Below, one piece after another: positions 26,428 to 41,250 of a DNA stretch of 64,000 nucleotides (position 1 is its first letter; each line of letters begins with the position of its first letter). The notes beneath the pieces are model-generated. The model was not told the origin of the DNA and did not search any database. It worked only from the letters and a program-made list of their open reading frames with translations. Source of the DNA: the human T2T-CHM13v2.0 reference genome, Homo sapiens; assembly GCF_009914755.1 (NCBI RefSeq), contig NC_060947.1; one strand, written 5' to 3'. The translations under genes and the position numbers were made by a program.

Positions 26428-26923
26428 TGTTAGGAATAACACTTAATATCTTAAGGAAATTGAACACTTGAACAAAAGGATTTTTAGCAAAGCAATTTTG
26501 TTTTTGCGCAGAGGGGTGCCTCTTCGGCCAGTTGTCATGAGAATATACTTGAACAAAGGGCACGAGAGTTTTTATTTTTGACGCGAGTTTTGTTTTTGTA
26601 TTTTTTTATTGGCCGGGGTTGGGTTGTATAATTTAAATTAAATTTGGTTGGCTAAACATTTGATTTTTTGTTTTTTAGATAGGGTGGGCACTTAAAAGAA
26701 AGTAGAGGAAAGGGAAGGGGTGTTTGTAATGAGCTAGAAAGTTTTTTTTTTTTTTAAATAAGGGAAGGAATGTGAGCTGGTATTGATAACGCTTGGTATT
26801 GAGGCGTGCCTGGGCATTTAACAAAGGCAAAAAGGAAAAAGGAGAAAAAAGGGAGGGATACTATGAATTAAAGAATAAAAGATTGACCAGATTATCTGAA
26901 GAGAAACCTTATTATATTTTACA
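26428..26923 (-). mobile_element. Solo LTR of the LTR10 (HERV-I-related ERV1) family, apparently G-to-A hypermutated
   Basis: Minus strand begins TGTAAAATATAATAAGGTTTCTCTTC and ends GTTATTCCTAACA (TG...CA). 4-bp flanks caca/cata. Internal motifs GCACCCCTCTGCGCA and GTTATCAATACCAGCTCACATTCC match the recalled LTR10 consensus. Confidence 0.85.
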
Positions 26924-29900
26924 CATAGCTCTTTGAAAAATACCATGGGCTGCTGATATATATCTAATAGCCTTCTCTTTCTCTGCTAAGAGAAAGTAAA
27001 TCTGGCATTTTCTAGTTTTCTCCACAATGTATAATAAGATATGAGGAGTTATTACAAGCTTAACTAGATGCTTTGAAAATCAGATTTTAGGAAAAGAAAA
27101 TAAAAATTGTTACTACCTATGTTGAATGTATTTTTCACTTTTCTCTGTAGATATGGTTATGGCAAAACGCTGTGACTTGGAACCTTTTTCAGATTTCAGT
27201 TGTCCTATTCTGCTTCCTTGCCTGCTTTGTGAGCACATCTATCAGAAAGTGTGGTCACAGGATTTCTAGAGATAACCCAGCGCAGTGCTTGAATAGGGAG
27301 TTTCTGTGTTTCTGTTCTATACGTCACAGTCTTTCACATCTTAGCAGTGTTGTAGCCATTGCGCACCTGAGCACCTTGTGCCTAGGTAGCCCGAAGATGT
27401 TATACAGAAACAAATTGCTGTTTGCTTTCTTTGAACTTCAGTGTTTTGTTAAGCTCGTGCCTGTTCTAAAGCAGCCATATCTCTCATGAATTGGAAAAAA
27501 TTAAACCTTGGTGCATTGGCTTTATTTGCGATTTTAGTATTCTCATTTTCTTATTTTATAAGAAAATGTAAAATTAGGATATTGTATTTGCCAGAATTCA
27601 AGACTTATAGATTTTATATACATGCATGCACAATTCATCAGTGTGTTGATGAATAAAAACAAAACAGAATCAAGCATTTTTTTATTGAGCACTAATTTAT
27701 TACCATTTTTGCTCTACTGTCTCTAACGTCAGCAGAAGGTATGAGTATATACGCATGGGTCTGGCTTTTGTTCAGGCTCTGAGTAAGCAGTGAGCAACTT
27801 GCTCTGTAGTAGCTATGCTATTGTTAACTACCTGTACATTGTTTATACATGAATAATTGCAAAAATTAAGTATACTGACTTCGATGGTCTCTACATAACT
27901 TACTGAAACAATTGGTCATAAGAAAGGCACAGTCAGTCCCTCCCTTGATAAAGGAATCTCTAGCAAGCTCTGTCACTCATTCAACAGAGCAATAGATTTT
28001 TCTCTTCATTTGGACCATGCATTTTTATGCTGATCATCAGTCCATAATTTTAAACTTTGTTTTTTATTCTGTCAATATTCTTGAATCTTTATTTAGCAGG
28101 GATAATACTTTTGGAATACCTGATGATGTATCTTTGGTCAATAAATTGGTTTTTGTCTTCTGATCTTTTCTTTTATCATGTCCCCAGGAAAGAGAGCAGG
28201 ATGAATGCCACTTTGTAGGGTAAATTCCTTGAGTATTAAAGGAGAAATGAAGGACAGCCCATTCAAGTGTCAAAGGAATGTGGGAAGAACAGGCAGAGTT
28301 AGAGCAGGCAGGTGGTCAGGTATATATTTCTTGTCATTCCCCGCCCCCATCACCTTAGGGAACTGAAATTCAAGGTTTAGGGGGTGGGTAGGTTGAAGGT
28401 AAGCCAAAAGTGAAGGAAGCTTATGCCCCATCCCCCTCTTGTAACTCAGGGAAGAAACAGTCTTTCAAGGCTGCTTTAACACAATGTAAGCAGCCACAGC
28501 AGAAGAAAATGTAGCATGCTGTGGTTAGGTAAAGAGGACTGCCAGGCCTCCTTTAGCTGGTGAGTGGCTTCTGAGGAATCCCAAAGTTACTTCACACTCC
28601 AGGTAGCTGGGTTGAGAGCCAGTGAACCTGTCAGTGGGAAAGATGTGTTGAGGGGCAAGCTGATACCCACGCTGTAGCTGACAGCCACGCTGTAGCTGAC
28701 ACTGATTGAGCTAGGTCTTGGGTGTAAATGAGATTAAGGAGTCTAGATGTCTTCGGCACCAATTAGAGACAGATCAACTGGGGTAGATCCCTGGGCTCTG
28801 GGCCAAGAGAGCACACCTGAGTCTACAGCCTCCTTGAGCTCCAACAGCAGCCTCAGGCCAGTGTCTGGGGTCCACGCGTATAAGGAACCTTGTCTTGGAG
28901 ACCTGAGAACCTCTACCTTACTACGGTGAAGTTCTGTAACCCCACCCACATCCATACCCACAGCTGCCATCTTGGTAGAAGCAGGGAGAAAATGGAAAAA
29001 CTTAACATTTACCTGAACAAGACTATAAACCAGAAGGGACTGCACTACCATATAATGCAAGTTAAAGTCAAGTGTGGGGGCTTGAAAAGCAAGGTTAAAA
29101 CAGTTACAGAAAATTTAAAAGCTACATTTTCTTGGCACGGGTTAAATTTAGTGAGCTATAAATTACTGTTCCTGCCGCAGCAAGATAGTCTTTGAGGATA
29201 TATTTCCTGCATTTAAATTTAAATTTTGTATTCTTCATTCACAGTGGAACATAGCTTTTAAGTCCAATGATTATCTGAGGTTTAGATTGCCTGCAGTTGG
29301 CATGCCTAATGCCATCTTGGTCTCAGTTACTTGATCACTAGAAGTGAAATTTTCATTTTCTCGCCTCAGTGTTATAAAATAAGGACAAAATGAAATAGTA
29401 ACACAATTGCACAATAACTGCAGTATAGACGTGATGGTTAATACTAAACTGAAAGGCTGTCTGACAGGCATCACTGCCATGTAGTCTTCAAAATTCTCAT
29501 TCATTTGCAGACAATTTGGTGTGAATTTGGTGTAGACAAGGTGGTTTGAGGGTATCTACATATAATGTTTGAAGATGTGGGTTTTAAATAAAAATGAGAT
29601 GCATCTCAAATTTTATATGATCTATAAGTATGGAGCTAGACTGTTTTGAAAGTTCACCTTTCTCTCTTTCCATTGAAAATTGTTGGTATTTTCTGCCAGA
29701 GGGATTAAGGAAAATTGTTCTCTGAATGTCTCATTTTTCATTTTGATAACTATATTTTACTTTTTGAACATTTTATTAATTACCGAATCTATAATATGAA
29801 CATAGGGTAGTAAATTTATATTAGTCCTGGAACTATGAGGTAAATTATTTTTAAGTGATTCATCTTGAATTACCCACTTATATACAATAAGATGTACCCA

Positions 29901-30166
29901 TTTTTAGTGTATAGTTCTGTGTAAACTAGCCCTCTTAGTTCATTCTTTGGCATTATCAGCCAGCGTCCCTTCAGGCTGATACTATAATAGTTACAATGGA
30001 GCATATTACAAGTACTTACAAAGGATTTCTGGATATGTGGGTTTGTTTGCATTTATCAATTAAGTGGTCCAAGGCTTTTAATATGGTTTTGTTCTCACAT
30101 TTGCGGCACTCAAATATCAGCCATCCAAGGTGGCCCCAAGTCTCATAGCCTTACTAGATACCTTGA

Positions 30167-30167
<1 letters not shown>

Positions 30168-30212
<45 letters not shown>

Positions 30213-30500
30213 TGAGACAGAGTCTCACTGTTGCTCAGGCTGGAGCACAGTTGCAGCGTCTCGGCTCACTGCAGCCTCAACCTTCCTGGCCCAAAGGATC
30301 CTCCTACCTCAGCCTCCCAGGTAGCTGGGACTATAGGTGTGCACCACCACACCCAGCTAATCTTTTGTAGTGTGTGTGTGTGCAGAGACAGGGTTTCACC
30401 ATGTTGCCCAGGCTAGTATTGAACTCCTGGGCTCAAGCGATTTGCCTGCCTCGGCCTCCAAAAGTGCTGAGATTATAGGCGTGAGCCACCACACCCTTCC
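30168..30500 (-). mobile_element. AluJ with (ATT)n tail
   Basis: Alu body following an (ATT)n run. Confidence 0.88.
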
Positions 30501-30574
30501 GAAACTTTCTAAAGCATAGAAAAGCAGATCTAATATGTCTCCTAGGGAATCTGTCCTTAAAAAAACCGAAATGT

Positions 30575-30883
<309 letters not shown>

Positions 30884-31129
30884 ACCCAAAATGTATATAT
30901 TTGCATTCTGTGTTCTTGGCTGGTTGGTTTTTCCTTATGTACCAAGGAATGTCTTTTTCTTTTAAAATTATGGGAGGAAAAAGTGTTAGGCTATGGTAGA
31001 ATTAGTAACTGATATCCAAAGAGAAGAATGAGCCAGGCCAACAGGATATATGTTTTACATTGGCAACACAATACAGTAAGATGTTTGGACTAGCTGTTCT
31101 CCTTTTTTGCTGAGCACATTTTGGACCAG

Positions 31130-31880
31130 TTGCATTTATTTCTCAACTACAAGCTTGCAGTCTAGTAGTAGAGTCAGACCTTGATCAAGTGATCATGTAA
31201 ATCTGTAAAGGTGGAACTTTAATGCAAGTTATAAAGAAGAGGCGCTTGCTGAGAGAACACCACAGGGCCTTCAGATCTCATCGAGGAGCCGTGGGAAGGC
31301 TCCTCTGAGGAAGTGAGGATTGATTGAGCCAGGATCTGGGGGATGAGAGAGGGTTGAGTGGGCAAGGGAGGGCAAAGCTTGCAAGAACAAAGGGAATAGA
31401 CCCTAAGGCAGTAGAGAACATGGCAAGGAGAGATGTGACTCAGCAAGCAAAGGAGACCTAGGGAGAGGAGGTGGAAGAGCTACCTGGCCTGCCATGTGGA
31501 GCAGCTGCGACGGAGTTGTCAGGTTAGTGGAGTTAGGGAGAATTTTAAGGGGAATGGTGGAGCTTGAAATCAGATTTCCTTTCCCAAGGAAGAACCTGGT
31601 TGCTGAGGGGATGAACATATCAGAAGGGCTGTGGCAGTACTGAAGGTGAAAGTACCAAAGGCTTGACCAGGGGTAGGAGGAGCATTCAGGTACAGGACAG
31701 TGGACCCATTTGAAAACAATGTAGGAGGCAAAACCCAACAGCACTTAGTGATAGACTGGATGGATTTGGTGGTGCAGACAAGGGAGATGTCAACAGTGAT
31801 CCCAAATTTCTGGCTAGTGTTTACTGAGATATATGGGACAGGAGACAGGCCCAGGTTTTGTAGGGGAAGATGCAGAAATG
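31130..31880 (-). mobile_element. L2 fragment
   Basis: Purine-rich sequence with gggaaggctcctctgaggaagtgagg and gatagactggatggatttgg, typical of antisense L2. Confidence 0.6.
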
Positions 31881-31976
31881 GTTAGGCATTCTGTCTGAAT
31901 ATTTTACACTCATACATTCTCATTTTACATCTCAATAAAAGATTCATGGAGGGCAGATCCAGCGCAGAGATGGTAG

Positions 31977-32432
<456 letters not shown>

Positions 32433-32656
32433 TGATAAAGTATTAGTATTTTCATAAGACTATCCTCTTTTTAGAAACGGTACATGAAGTAAATACACAG
32501 TTTTTCTTGTAATGCTTTCTAAATTATAAGAGTTTTCTTAAAGTACTCTTAGCGTACCATTTAATTCTAATTTTGAGCAGGTTAGAGTTTACATCAATGT
32601 TTCCTGTAATAATAGCTCCATCATGTCAACCTTAATAGGCAGTTTTGCCAGGTATT

Positions 32657-32882
32657 TATATATATATATTTTTTTTTTTCTATTATACTTTTAAGTTCTA
32701 GGGTACATGTGCACAATGTGCAGGTTTGTTACATATGTATACATGTGCCATGTTGGTGTGCTGTACCCATTAACTCGTCATTTACATTAGGTATATCTCC
32801 TAATGCTATCCCTCCCCCTTCCCCCCATCCCATGACAGGCCCCGGTGTGTGATGTTCCCCTCCCTGTGTCCAAGTGTTCTCA
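32657..32882 (-). mobile_element. 5'-truncated primate L1PA 3' end (L1PA5/6-like)
   Basis: TSD ttttgccaggtatt at 32643-32656 and 32883-32896. Confidence 0.9.
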
Positions 32883-33016
32883 TTTTGCCAGGTATTGGTA
32901 TAGACTTGGTGGGACTCCGCTAAATTGTTTTTGGCCTAATGAAAACCATTCCTGAAATTTTTAGGAAAAAAAAAAAGGATATATGTTTTCAGTATACCTT
33001 TTGGTATATTTCACTG

Positions 33017-33371
<355 letters not shown>

Positions 33372-33549
33372 CTAATCATTGTTTTATAAAAATGAGTGTA
33401 GACATTTTAGTGTTGTGATAATTTTAATAATTTTTGGAGAATGGATCTTTTAATCTTCTTTTTCAATTAAAATTTTCTTTCATAGCATATTAATCTTTTC
33501 AGTAAAGCTTTACCTGATCTCTTCAACAAGTGATCATTCTCAAATTTTT

Positions 33550-33627
33550 TTTTATTATCATACTTTAAGTTCTGGGGTACATGTGCATAACGCGTAGGTT
33601 TGTTACGTAGGTATACACGTGCCATGG
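33550..33627 (-). mobile_element. ~80-bp L1PA 3' end
   Basis: tactttaagttctggggtacatgtgc...gccatgg, flanked by TSD cattctca(a/c)attttt. Confidence 0.85.
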
Positions 33628-33698
33628 CATTCTCACATTTTTAAGGGGGAATGTTTGTACGGAAATACCACAAAATGGTTAAAATGAATAAACTCGAG

Positions 33699-33897
33699 CA
33701 GAGTTTCTTACCCTTAGCACTTTTGACATTTGGGGCTAGGACTGTTGTAGGGACTGTCCCGTGCATTGTAGGATGTTTAGTGGCACTCTTGGTCTCTACT
33801 CACTCGATCCCAGTAGCGCCCCCAGCCTATGTGACAACCGAAAGTGTCCCCAGATGTCTTGGGGGGAGCACAGTCACCCCCCAAGGGAGAACTATTG
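33699..33897 (+). mobile_element. MER20 (hAT-Charlie MITE)
   Basis: cagagtttcttaccc...gtgcattgtaggatgtttag...gtgacaaccgaaagtgtccccaga...gagaactattg. Confidence 0.8.
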
Positions 33898-34984
33898 AAC
33901 TAGATTTAGTTTTTAATGTCAGATACAGATTGTATTTTTTTTAAGTGTTTGAAAAAAGATACATGCAATAGCATATGCTAGTTACATGATTTTTAGTGCA
34001 CAAAACGATACAATTTATGGGCAGATTCATTCGTAGTGATAAAAATGTGTGGGAATGATACTATCAACTTCAGGATAGAAATTACCTCTGGGTAGAGGGA
34101 ATGGGAATGAATGAAGTTTTATTTTTGGCATTTTACATTTCAAAAGGCAGGAGATCCACAGCAAATAAGCCAAAATATTATCAACTGTTAAATCTGAAGG
34201 GGATATACATTTTTTTCTGTATATTTGCATGATCTTTTTTGAACTCCTGTGGCATATCATATAACACTTGTTATACTTTTTAGCTTTTGTCATGCATTTT
34301 TAACTTACTGTCATGCGTTATTACATACCAGGTTGTAGACTTCTATGTATATAAGACAGCTTCATTTACTCACTCATGTCAAACACAGGATACAAAAGAA
34401 AACCTTACATAAAGCAGAGGTCCAATAAACATTTGTTAGTTGACTGATTGAAACGCTCTTTTTCTTTGGTATAGATTTTTTGTGTGTGTGATTTGGTCTG
34501 AAGTATTGAAATTTAGCAGTAAATCTAACTTTTAGTATTGACAAGCTATGGTAGTTTTCAAATAACAAATAATATAAGTCAAGATCTCTAAGGAATTTCC
34601 TGGAGAAATCTAGCTTTTATCACTGAATATCATGGATGGTATTTTATATTTCTATAGTACTTGGCAAATGCATATTAGCTCTGACCTGCTATAGAATGTA
34701 TCCTGTGCTTGAATTTCCTCCCATTTTATAATTTTACTTATAATGTAAAAATAAATACTTTTGGACTAAGTTATTTTGGAAGGTTTCTACACAGTAAAAA
34801 AGATAAAGATGGAAGTAATGAAATACTTGCCTGTACTTTTCAGTGTATAAATATTATAACATATTATTAGAAAACTATTTTGAAATGTTCATTGGTGCTA
34901 ACATTTCTCTTCAGTGATGTGTGTGTGTGTGTGTGTTTCAGAATCACTTTCTACAACAAAATTTACATACACATGGCTTGCAAA

Positions 34985-35220
34985 GACAGTATAGCATGAT
35001 TATGGTTGAGAAATGGCATTCAGAATCAGTCTTCCTGGGTTTAAAATCTCAGCTCTGCTACATCTTAGCTGTGTGATCATGGGACAAATTATGGAACTTC
35101 ATTAAAACTCAGTATCCTCATCTGTAAAATGAGCATGAGATCTCCTCAGAATGATGATTTGAGAATTAAGTGAGATAATCCACGGGAAGCACTTAGGGTG
35201 GGGCTTGGTGCAAGAGTACT
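34985..35220 (-). mobile_element. MIR
   Basis: ctcagtatcctcatctgtaaaatgag core. Confidence 0.8.
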
Positions 35221-35273
35221 TAAAAACAATAACTTAAAATGAAGCTTACTTTTTCTGGGACCATACTGGTCTA

Positions 35274-35654
<381 letters not shown>

Positions 35655-35753
35655 TTATGAAGTTATATTCCCTGCTATTTGGATGATGAAATGAAGAATT
35701 TCTCCCAAGAAAGCACTTCCTCAGAGAGCAATTAGAAAATGAATTGTAGACTA

Positions 35754-36098
35754 TAGATGGCCCTCCGTATCAGCAGGTTCCACATCGATGAATTCAACCA
35801 TCTGAGGATCGAAAATATTCAGAAAAGCAGACAAACAAAAACAACTAAAAATACAACAATAAAAAATACAAATAAAAATAACAGTATTACAACTATTTAT
35901 TTGCATGGCATTTACATTGTACTAGGTAGTATAAGTAATCAAAAGATAATTTAAAGTATATAGGCGAATGTGCATAGGTTATATGCAAATACTGTGCCAT
36001 TTTATGTCAGGGATGAGCATCCATGGATTTTGGTATCCTCGGGGATCCTGGAACCAGTGGCCCCCTCTATATCCTCGTAGATACTGAGGAATAACTGT
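35754..36098. mobile_element. Tigger3/MER7A-like TcMar MITE
   Basis: ccctccgtatc...ggatcgaaaatattc...gcataggttatatgcaaatac...gatactgaggaataactg, with terminal inverted similarity. Confidence 0.78.
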
Positions 36099-37499
36099 TA
36101 TAACCTTTTGAAATGGCTTAATCCGTGAATAGTAGAATAAAAGAGTATTTTATTCTGTTCTGTTTCATGATACCTGTTGGATATTTTAACTTAGCAAAAC
36201 ATTTGAAAAATAATGACTCCTGCGACTTCCTTATACAGTATATGATCAGTTTAAAGACTTCACTGTTCCAGAGCATAATTAAGTTATATAACTGCATTTT
36301 AAAATGACTTAGTAAATTGTATGGCTGTTAATACCAATTAGTTGCTTTGCCAGAATCTTAAGTAAGGCACAATTAATACTGGGAATAAAACAATGACCCA
36401 GAGCTTTAGACAGTCAGCAACGCAAGTGAGTTGATGATTATAAGTCTGTCTAGTATGATTCTCTAGTGATTGAGGCTTGATTTTTATGGGGTAGAGATCT
36501 TGAGAATATTGAAGGAACTGTAGGCTCTCCAGATATTTGTATTTGTTAGTACTCATAACATTTATTTTTTATTCTCTTTCTGATTTTTTTTTTCCAGCTG
36601 GGGAAATTTATTCTGGGAAATGTGAAATGCCTTGATATAGTTTGTTTACTCATGGAGACAGTAGTACAATTCAGGAACCTTTATCTAAAGTTACCTAGTC
36701 TCTCTGTTTGTGTTCCAAAGTACATAATACAATTCTAATTTTAAGGTAGAATTAAGGGTGAGGCATGGAATTATCATTAATAAATTACTGATATATTTGA
36801 TCACATTCTTAGTTTATTGCTTAAGATGTCGGCTTTTAAATACTTCATATTTTAAATAAAGACACTGAAACAAGTAACAAACTATGCCTATCTTGCTAAC
36901 TACAGCTGGTGACATTCTGTTGCAGACGTTGTGGGGGCAATGGTATGCTTTTATGAATAAATTAAATTCAAAACAAGTTTTTCAGAGTTATTTTTTGTAT
37001 GTTTTTCTCTTTGTCTACACCTTTATTATATATCGCATCTCAGGGTGGTGGTAGAATAAGTAATAAAGCTTGGCGTGTTACTTCCTACCTCTCCATTAAA
37101 TACCCACGAAGATGTTAAATACCCATGAAGTTCTGCAGATTAAGAAACTAAACATCGAAGATTGCTAGCAAAGTCCAGGGAGAATTAATTTTATTAGCAG
37201 GACTGGGTTGAAAACATAGTCTTGAACATCATGCTGTTCATCCTACTTTGTGAACCCAAATCAGGCCAGATATCCAAAGGGAGTAGGAAATGCCTTGGAC
37301 CCATGCTCACAGGAACTGAAAAATAAGCAACCATCTCACTGAGGTTAACTATAATCTGACACTGCTAGAGCTGGAGTTCTCACTCCCCTACTAGCCTGCA
37401 TTAACATCTGCATTTCCAGATCTTTGCAGAGACTAAAATGTCCTAAATATAGTAAGGGAAGAAGCAAAGAAGGATTGGAAAAAGCATGTACCATCCTAG

Positions 37500-38111
<612 letters not shown>

Positions 38112-38224
38112 GTAAGGATGAGTTTTAAAGGGTGGAGCAGAGAATACACTGAAAAGATATGGGAAGAGAAAACATGGCTGTGAAGATTTACAAGCAACAC
38201 ATGGTTCTGAAAATGACCTTTTCT

Positions 38225-38927
38225 TTTTTTTTTTTTTTCTTTTTATTATTATTATACTTTAAGTTTTAGGGTACATGTGCACAATGTGCAGGTTAGTTAC
38301 ATATGTATACATGTGCCATGCTGGTGTGCTGCGCCCATTAACTCGTCATTTAGCATTAGGTATATCTCCTAATGCTATCCCTTCCCCCTCCCCCCACCCC
38401 ACAACAGTCCCCAGAGTGTGATGTTCCCCTTCCTGTGTCCATGTGTTCTCATTGTTCAGTTCCCATCTATGAGTGAGAACATGCGGTGTTTGGTTTTTTG
38501 TTCTTGCGATAGTTTGCTGAGAATGATGGTTTCCAGCTTCATCCATGTCCCTACAAAGGACATGAACTCATCCTTTTTTATGGCTGCATAGTATTCCATG
38601 GTGTATATGTGCCACATTTTCTTAATCCAGTCTATCATTGTTGGACATTTGGGTTGGTTCCAAGTCTTTGCTATTGTGAATAGTGCTGCAATAAACATAC
38701 GTGTGCATGTGTCTTTATAGCAGCATGATTTATAGTCCTTTGGGTATATGCCCAGTAATGGATGGCTGGGTCAAATGGTATTTCTAGTTCTAGATCCCTA
38801 AGGAATCGCCACACTAACTTCCACAATGGTTGAACTAGTTTACAGTCCCACCAACAGTGTAAAAGTGTTCCTATTTCTCCACATCCTCTCCAGCACCTGT
38901 TGTTTCCTGACTTTTTAACAATTGCCA
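38225..38927 (-). mobile_element. 5'-truncated L1PA3/4-like element (ORF2 C-terminus and 3' UTR)
   Basis: ORF 38456..38698 MFIAALFTIAKTWNQPKCPTMIDWIKKMW is the ORF2 C-terminus. TSD aaaatgaccttttct at 38210-38224 and 38928-38942. Confidence 0.93.
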
Positions 38928-40279
38928 AAAATGACCTTTTCTAACAAACCAATAAAGTTAAGGCATCTGCTTAGTCTCCCAAAAGAAAGCCAGGAAGATA
39001 TGACCTCTACAGAGAGTGAATAAGCTAAAACAAGGCAAAAAATGCAGAAGTTGGCTGAGATAAGGACAAGTGAAAGAAGCCTAAAATGGATAAAACAAAA
39101 TTGTTTAGCACTTTCGAACTGATTAATGTTCGTTTACTAAATGTTTATTGAACACCTACTATGTGCCTGCTATTCTAGGTGCTGATGATGCAATTGTGAA
39201 CTTTGCATACTAAGTACAAAAACTTAGTACAAGACTAAGCAATTATGAAAGATCCAACCTAGAAGTTGTAAGGTTTGTGGTGGAAAATAATAGAAAAATA
39301 GGAGTAGGAACAACGTTTAAGGTTGCTATAAGAAGACTTTCCTAATTTCATTGATTTCCAGGTATTATTGATTCAAAAAATACACACACACACACACACA
39401 CACTCCTCTAAATATATTCCAAATAATTTAAAATTTTTATTTCAAAGAAAAGGAAAAGTCCTAACAGTATTTAGGCAGAAAAAAAGAAGTGATCTATATT
39501 GGAACAAAATCCAAATAGGCCTCATACTTCTTTTCTACTACAAATACCAGAGACTGTCAGGTCATTGTTCCCCATTTGATGCCTTATGTGATAGTATTAT
39601 AATTTCTTTATGTTAGAAAATGGCAGCCCTTCTTTTTAGACCCTTAATTTTCTTCTTCTTGGAAAAATATCCTAGTATATAGATTTTGTTACAAGAAGAC
39701 ACTTTATTCCTACCTGCATTAAGTTGCTTTAATAAGCATACAGACTCTGGTGTCTGTGATGTGAATGGCATTTTCCAGGGCTTTATGGTGCACTTAAGCT
39801 TCCAGTGACTCTGAAGAATAAAAGGTTGCCTTCCCAAGAATTCTGTGCCTATCAAGTTGCCATGTATACGTGAAGATGTTCAAAAATGCAAAGACTTGAA
39901 AAATAGGACACTTTGTCAGAAAACCTTTCAAAGATGTGCTCTGGCTGAGCTAAACATGAATGCAAATCAATCACTCAAATATGTATAAACCATACAAGAA
40001 AAGGACTGGTGGTAAACAGTGAAGGAAACTGAATATGTAAAAAAAAAAAAAATTATAGCTCATGTATCTATAATTACAAATTAAATTCAACAGTCAAACC
40101 CTCCTCTCAAAAATAAATATATTTAACAAAATGGTATAAGAAGAATCAGTGTCAATAACCTCAGATTAATTTAAAACAGTTTAAGGTCACAATACTTTAA
40201 AAACTGGTTCTGACATAAGAACAAATCAGTAGCCTATACTAGACTAGGCTAGAGTCCACTAGAAATCTCTGAAAGCACA

Positions 40280-41250
40280 TCTAGTATCTATATGTGAGGA
40301 TGCTAAGATGTAACAACTAAAAATTTCTGGTAAAGGGTATTGGGAAAATTGATTTAGTGTTTAGAAATTATATTAAATCTGGATTCCCTCAACATGTCAT
40401 ATATTAAAATAAATTACAAGTGAATAAAGATTTAAGGAAAGAAATAATTAAAATATCAAGATACATAAATGCAGATGAATATTAACCATGCTCAGGCTAA
40501 GTAAGGACTTTGAGCACAAAAGTAATGGACATAATTACAAAGGCCTATATCAGTAAACTTGACTATGTAATAATTTATATTCAACAACAACAAAACTCTA
40601 GTGATCACAACAATCTGGGGAAAAGATTTGTAACAGAATTTGTCAACAAGTTCTCATCCATGAATCAACAAGAAAATATTAACCCTAGTGGACCCGATTT
40701 CACTTATTAAAAGAAAGCTTCTCTAATCTCATTGAATGCCAGAGAGGTTTTTTTAAATGATTTTATTTTGCTTTGGCAGTGGGTGTAGAGTAAATATTCT
40801 TATACACTGCTGAAGGGAACTGTGACATGACTTTTTTTGGATGTCAGTTTGTCATTATATATTGGGAGCCTTTAACATTCATACCCTTTGAACCAATTAT
40901 ATCACTTATAGAATTTACTCTGTGGAAATAAAGATGCAGATGTTGAAGTATGTTCATTAATAGACTTGTTAAATAGCCATCCATGAAAAATGGTGGTTTT
41001 AAAAATAACAGCTTGAAATGTTGCTTACATAATATCAAGTGAAATAAAAACAACATACAATAAGATGTCCAATATTACTACTACCATTTGAGAAAAATTT
41101 ACTGGAAGAAAATATACCAAAATATTAACAAGGGTTAATTTTGTAAATGTCTTCTCTATATCCTTTTTGTACCCTTTGTATTCTTTTTGTGTTTTCTGTA
41201 ATGAGTTTATATTATTTTTATAAGCAGTTTGAATACATGTGAAATGTTAA
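40280..41250 (+). mobile_element. Highly decayed L1ME-like ORF2 end and 3' UTR
   Basis: A-rich sequence with motifs such as tattgggaaaattga, aaactt gactatgtaa and ctggaagaaaatataccaaaatattaaca. Confidence 0.55.

Noticed and set aside
27130-27150. Strong-looking acceptors at 27150 and 36597
   Set aside because: No convincing partner donor at exon distance; such pseudo-acceptors are common in AT-rich introns.
28180-29195. GC-richer block with several ORFs and an 18-bp period duplication (28667-28701)
   Set aside because: No recognisable homology. It is probably an old LTR-like repeat that I cannot assign, and the duplication is trivial slippage.
38456-38928. L1 ORF2 C-terminal ORFs suggesting an active L1
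   Set aside because: The element is only ~700 bp, 5'-truncated and frameshifted.
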